Shown: one piece after another, positions 60,470-64,000 of the stretch | How positions within the stretch are numbered: the stretch's first letter is position 1 | Layout of the letters: each line of letters begins with the position of its first letter | Source: a virus | DNA length: 64,000 nucleotides | Reading direction: 5' to 3' (one strand) | Virus record (IMG/VR): IMGVR_UViG_3300033571_020726 | Location: 1 to 64,000 of that record | Translations under genes and position numbers: made by a program | The notes under the pieces: model-generated | Database searches by the model: none | The model's input: the letters and a program-made list of their open reading frames with translations, nothing else | Told to the model about the DNA's origin: nothing

Positions 60470-63400
60470 ATGACATTTAAATGCATTCATATTGCAGATA
60501 TTCATTTTAGAGGTCTACAAAGACACGAAGAATATAAAAATGTTTTTTCGAAATTTTTTGAAAAAGCAAAAGAATTAAAGCCTGATGTTATTTTTGTAGG
60601 TGGTGATATTGTTCATTCAAAAACGTCAGGCATTTCGCCTGAATTGATTGATACATTGAATTGGTGGTTTACAGGATTAGCATCAATTGCTCCTACGCAT
60701 ATTATTCTTGGAAATCATGATGGATTGATTCAAAATTTAAATAGATTAGATGCGATTACGCCTATTGTTGAAGCGTTAAATAACCCAGCATTATATTTGT
60801 ATAAAAAAAGTGGTGTATATCAAACAGGTGTACAAGGATTTAATTGGTGTGTATTTAGTTGCTTTGATCATGAAAATTGGTGTAATGTTTCACCTATAAA
60901 TGGTGATATAAACATCGCTACATTTCATGGAGCAGTTAAAGGATGTACAACAGATGTAAATTGGGAATTAGAGGGTGAAGTAGATTTAAATTTTTTCGAA
61001 AAATTTGATTTTGCATTTCTAGGTGATATTCATAAAATGCAATATTTAGATTTTGAACAAAAAATAGCATATTCAGGATCAACTATTCAACAAAATTTTG
61101 GTGAATCTGTTGATAAAGGATTTTTATTTTGGGAAATTGAATCAAAAAATAATTATAAATCAACTTTTTATACATTAGAAAATGAAAACAAATTTATTAC
61201 AGTAAATTGGAATCAAGATTTTAATAAAACAATTGAAGAAATTAATAAATTACCTAATTTTTCAAGATTTCGTATTAAATCAGAACAACAATTAGATAAA
61301 AATGATGTTAAATTATTACAAAATTTTCTTAAAGAAAATAAAAAAGCGTTAGAGGTTGTGTTTAAATATGAACATAACAAAAAAAATAATGATTGTATAG
61401 AAGATAAAAAAAAAAATTTTAATATATTAGATGATAATATTAGATTTAATATATTAAAATCATATTTTGATGAATCTGTAACAAATGAGCAAATTAATAA
61501 TATAAATAATATTTTTAAAAATGCGATTGACAGATTACAAGTTGATCAATATAGAAAATCAATATCATGGGAATTAAAAAATATTTCTTTCAATAATTTA
61601 TTTTGTTATGGCGAAAATAATTTCTTAAATTTTGAAAATATGAATGGAATAATTGGCGTTTTTGGTAAAAATGCATCAGGTAAATCATCAATACCTGGTT
61701 CTTTAATGTATTCATTATTTAATACAACTGACCGTGGTTCTATGAAAAATCTACATATTATGAATACACGAAAAGAAGATTGTAGTTCAAAGGTTGAAAT
61801 TTTGGTTAACAATCAAAAATATTTAATTGAAAGAAATACCAAAAAATCTTATACAAAAAAGAAAAATGAAGTAAATACATCAACAAATTTAAGTATTTTT
61901 AAAGTAAATGATAATGGTGTTTTAATAAATGAAACTGATGAACAGCGTCGTGAAACAGAAAAAATATTAAAAGATTTAATAGGTACATCAGAAGATTTTT
62001 TAATGACATCTTTTGCTTCTCAAGGCAATATTAATGCTTTTATTGGTGAAAAAAGTGCAAATAGAAAATATTTTTTATCTAAATTTATGAATCTAGATAT
62101 TTTTGAAGAGATTGGTAAATTAATTAAAGATGATTCAGCTGATTTAAAAGCAGAGTTAAAAGTTTTTAATCAAAAAAATTGGGTTGATTTAATTAATAAA
62201 TCAAATCATGAAATAAATGAAAATTTGATTAAAATATCTGAACTTGAAGCAAATTTACAAACTTTTAAACAAAAGCAATTGGATTTATCAATTGATTTAG
62301 AAAATATTAAAAGTAAGAATCATGATTTAAATAAAATAAAAGTGATTGAAGATGAAATTAAATTATTATCTATCAATATTGATAAAGAAAATAAAAATTT
62401 AGTAAAAATTGATACAGATTGTGAACAAATTCAACAAAAAATAGAAAAATTTGATGTATTAAAATCACAAATAGATTTGAATCAATTGAAAAAAGACAAA
62501 GAAAGATTAATAAATTTAAAATCACAACTGACGATAAATATTTCGCAAATAGATAATTTAAAATCTGATATTGAAAAAAGAAAAAATGCTCATAAATTAT
62601 TATCAAGTGTACCATGTGGTGACAGTTTTCCTTCATGCAGATTTATAAAAAATGCATATGAAGATTTTAAAAATATTTCTGACAATGAGGATTCATTAAA
62701 AAATCTTGAGAAATCTATTATTGAATTGAAAAATATTGTAACAGAACTTGAACGTGAACAAATTCAACAAAAAATAGAAAAATTTGAAGAATTTTCAATT
62801 AAAAATGAACAAAATGTCTTTCAATTATCAGTATTATTAGAAAATAAAGATTCAATAACACAAAAAATATCTGAGCTGCTGAATCGGTTTAATGATCTAA
62901 ATAATAAGTTACAACATATGACGCAGTTAATTGACAAAAATGATGCTAACATTATAAAAGAATATCAAACAGAGTTAGAATCTATTAAAAATAAAATACA
63001 AATGACTGATATCTCTATTGTAAAATATATGGGTAATAATCAGTATTTATCACAAATGATTGAAAAATATAGGGTTGAAGAGATTCAATATAACGATTTA
63101 TTAAGTCAATGGAGATTATATGAATTATTGTTAAATGCTGTTTCAAAAAAGGGTTTACCATCAAAATTACTTAAAGAAATGTTACCTTCATTAAATAATG
63201 AAATCAAAGAAATCCTAACAGATGTTGTTGAATTTTCTGTTGATATAGAAATAGATGATGATGATCTTGAAATTTATATCAATTATAATGGAGATAAAAG
63301 AATCATAGAAACAGCGTCTGGAATGGAAAAAATGATTACATCAATGGCAATTCGAGTTGCTTTAACAAATATTAGCAATTTACCTAAATCTAATATTTTT

Positions 63401-63589
63401 ATAATAGATGAAGGTTTTGGAGCATTGGATGATACAAATATTATATCTTGTATAAAATTATTAAATAACTTTAAAAAGTTTTTTAAAACAATATTAATCA
63501 TATCACATATTGATATTATTAAAGATGTTGTAGATAATAACTTATGTATTGAAAATGAGGGTTTAGATTCTTATGTTAGATTTGAATAA
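60470..63589 (+). CDS. Fused Mre11/SbcD nuclease - Rad50/SbcC ATPase (gp47-gp46 fusion)
   Basis: Phosphoesterase motifs DIH, GD, GNHD, HG, GDIH, YSGS; Walker A GKNASGKSS, Q-loop SQG, coiled coil, signature ASGMEK, Walker B IDEGFGALD, ISH. Confidence 0.92.
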   Translation: MTFKCIHIADIHFRGLQRHEEYKNVFSKFFEKAKELKPDVIFVGGDIVHSKTSGISPELIDTLNWWFTGLASIAPTHIILGNHDGLIQNLNRLDAITPIVEALNNPALYLYKKSGVYQTGVQGFNWCVFSCFDHENWCNVSPINGDINIATFHGAVKGCTTDVNWELEGEVDLNFFEKFDFAFLGDIHKMQYLDFEQKIAYSGSTIQQNFGESVDKGFLFWEIESKNNYKSTFYTLENENKFITVNWNQDFNKTIEEINKLPNFSRFRIKSEQQLDKNDVKLLQNFLKENKKALEVVFKYEHNKKNNDCIEDKKKNFNILDDNIRFNILKSYFDESVTNEQINNINNIFKNAIDRLQVDQYRKSISWELKNISFNNLFCYGENNFLNFENMNGIIGVFGKNASGKSSIPGSLMYSLFNTTDRGSMKNLHIMNTRKEDCSSKVEILVNNQKYLIERNTKKSYTKKKNEVNTSTNLSIFKVNDNGVLINETDEQRRETEKILKDLIGTSEDFLMTSFASQGNINAFIGEKSANRKYFLSKFMNLDIFEEIGKLIKDDSADLKAELKVFNQKNWVDLINKSNHEINENLIKISELEANLQTFKQKQLDLSIDLENIKSKNHDLNKIKVIEDEIKLLSINIDKENKNLVKIDTDCEQIQQKIEKFDVLKSQIDLNQLKKDKERLINLKSQLTINISQIDNLKSDIEKRKNAHKLLSSVPCGDSFPSCRFIKNAYEDFKNISDNEDSLKNLEKSIIELKNIVTELEREQIQQKIEKFEEFSIKNEQNVFQLSVLLENKDSITQKISELLNRFNDLNNKLQHMTQLIDKNDANIIKEYQTELESIKNKIQMTDISIVKYMGNNQYLSQMIEKYRVEEIQYNDLLSQWRLYELLLNAVSKKGLPSKLLKEMLPSLNNEIKEILTDVVEFSVDIEIDDDDLEIYINYNGDKRIIETASGMEKMITSMAIRVALTNISNLPKSNIFIIDEGFGALDDTNIISCIKLLNNFKKFFKTILIISHIDIIKDVVDNNLCIENEGLDSYVRFE
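62421..62787 (+). repeat. 34-bp perfect direct repeat (62421-62454 and 62754-62787)
   Basis: gtgaacaaattcaacaaaaaatagaaaaatttga present twice, 333 bp apart. Confidence 0.9.
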
Positions 63590-63797
63590 AAAATGGAATA
63601 AAATAGATAATAATTTTGAATCATTTGAAAATGATGAGATAAAAATAATTAAACCAATAAATGATGAAAAAATACCTATTGATTGTCCAAAGTGTAGTAA
63701 TTTATTTTCAGGATTAGAAGATGTACAAGCATTTAAAAGAAATGGTGTTTGCGAAAATTGTGAATTAATATATTGGGTTGAATTACACAATAAATAA
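63573..63797 (+). CDS. Small zinc-finger protein
   Basis: CPKC...CENC; gaggg RBS inside the end of the upstream gene. Confidence 0.65.
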   Translation: MLDLNKKWNKIDNNFESFENDEIKIIKPINDEKIPIDCPKCSNLFSGLEDVQAFKRNGVCENCELIYWVELHNK

Positions 63798-63836
63798 TAT
63801 TTAATATATAATAATAAAATATAAACAGGAACAAAA

Positions 63837-64000
63837 ATGAAAAGTATCTCAAATTCTCATGCTTTAGGACAATCACTTGACAATGTATTCCATAATACAT
63901 CTGATGGTTCTCGTAAGATTACACAAAAATTATCAGGAAATAATTTGACAATTACATTTCAAACAATTGCACAATTTGGTAGAGAAGTAGGATTACATCT
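63837..64000 (+). CDS. Partial CDS (5' end), hypothetical
   Basis: agga RBS, ATG at 63837, open to the window end (MKSISNSHALGQ...). Confidence 0.6.
   Translation, partial: MKSISNSHALGQSLDNVFHNTSDGSRKITQKLSGNNLTITFQTIAQFGREVGLH

Noticed and set aside
943-63790. Many 60-100 aa minus-strand and alternate-frame ORFs
   Set aside because: All overlap longer, motif-bearing + strand genes and have shadow-like composition
1-64000. Eukaryotic giant virus, suggested by AT richness and hairpins
   Set aside because: Baseplate genes, SD sites, a sigma factor and a DnaG-type primase indicate a bacteriophage
1-64000. Stop-codon reassignment
   Set aside because: The standard code gives dense, long ORFs; TGA (19139) and TAG (51696) each end a gene at a plausible boundary

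Overview
A very AT-rich (roughly 75-80% A+T by eye) segment of a large myovirus-type (probably jumbo) tailed phage genome, with all real genes on the + strand. From left to right: (1) about 24.5 kb of tail-fibre, appendage and adhesin genes built from shuffled modules, including a triplicated propeller-like family; (2) a short non-structural insert (Cas4/AddB-like exonuclease, membrane protein, T4 gp55-like late sigma factor, conserved 128-aa protein); (3) a baseplate cluster (gp5-like spike, gp25, gp6, LamG/gp7-like wedge, FN3 protein, tail-collar-like proteins) with several giant Asn/Ile/Lys-rich orphans; (4) a recombination/replication cluster (RuvC-like resolvase, primase, single-polypeptide Mre11-Rad50/SbcD-SbcC fusion). 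I saw no rRNA, tRNA, CRISPR array, integrase or transposase. The most unusual signals are: the SbcDC fusion, which has an A11 slippery tract at its domain junction and a 34-bp in-frame direct repeat bracketing an atypical zinc hook; a positioned ATAWWTA late-promoter motif that sits inside anti-Shine-Dalgarno hairpins at three genes; and a perfect GC-rich hairpin hidden in a fibre-cassette CDS. All product calls come from motif recognition by eye; no database searches were run.
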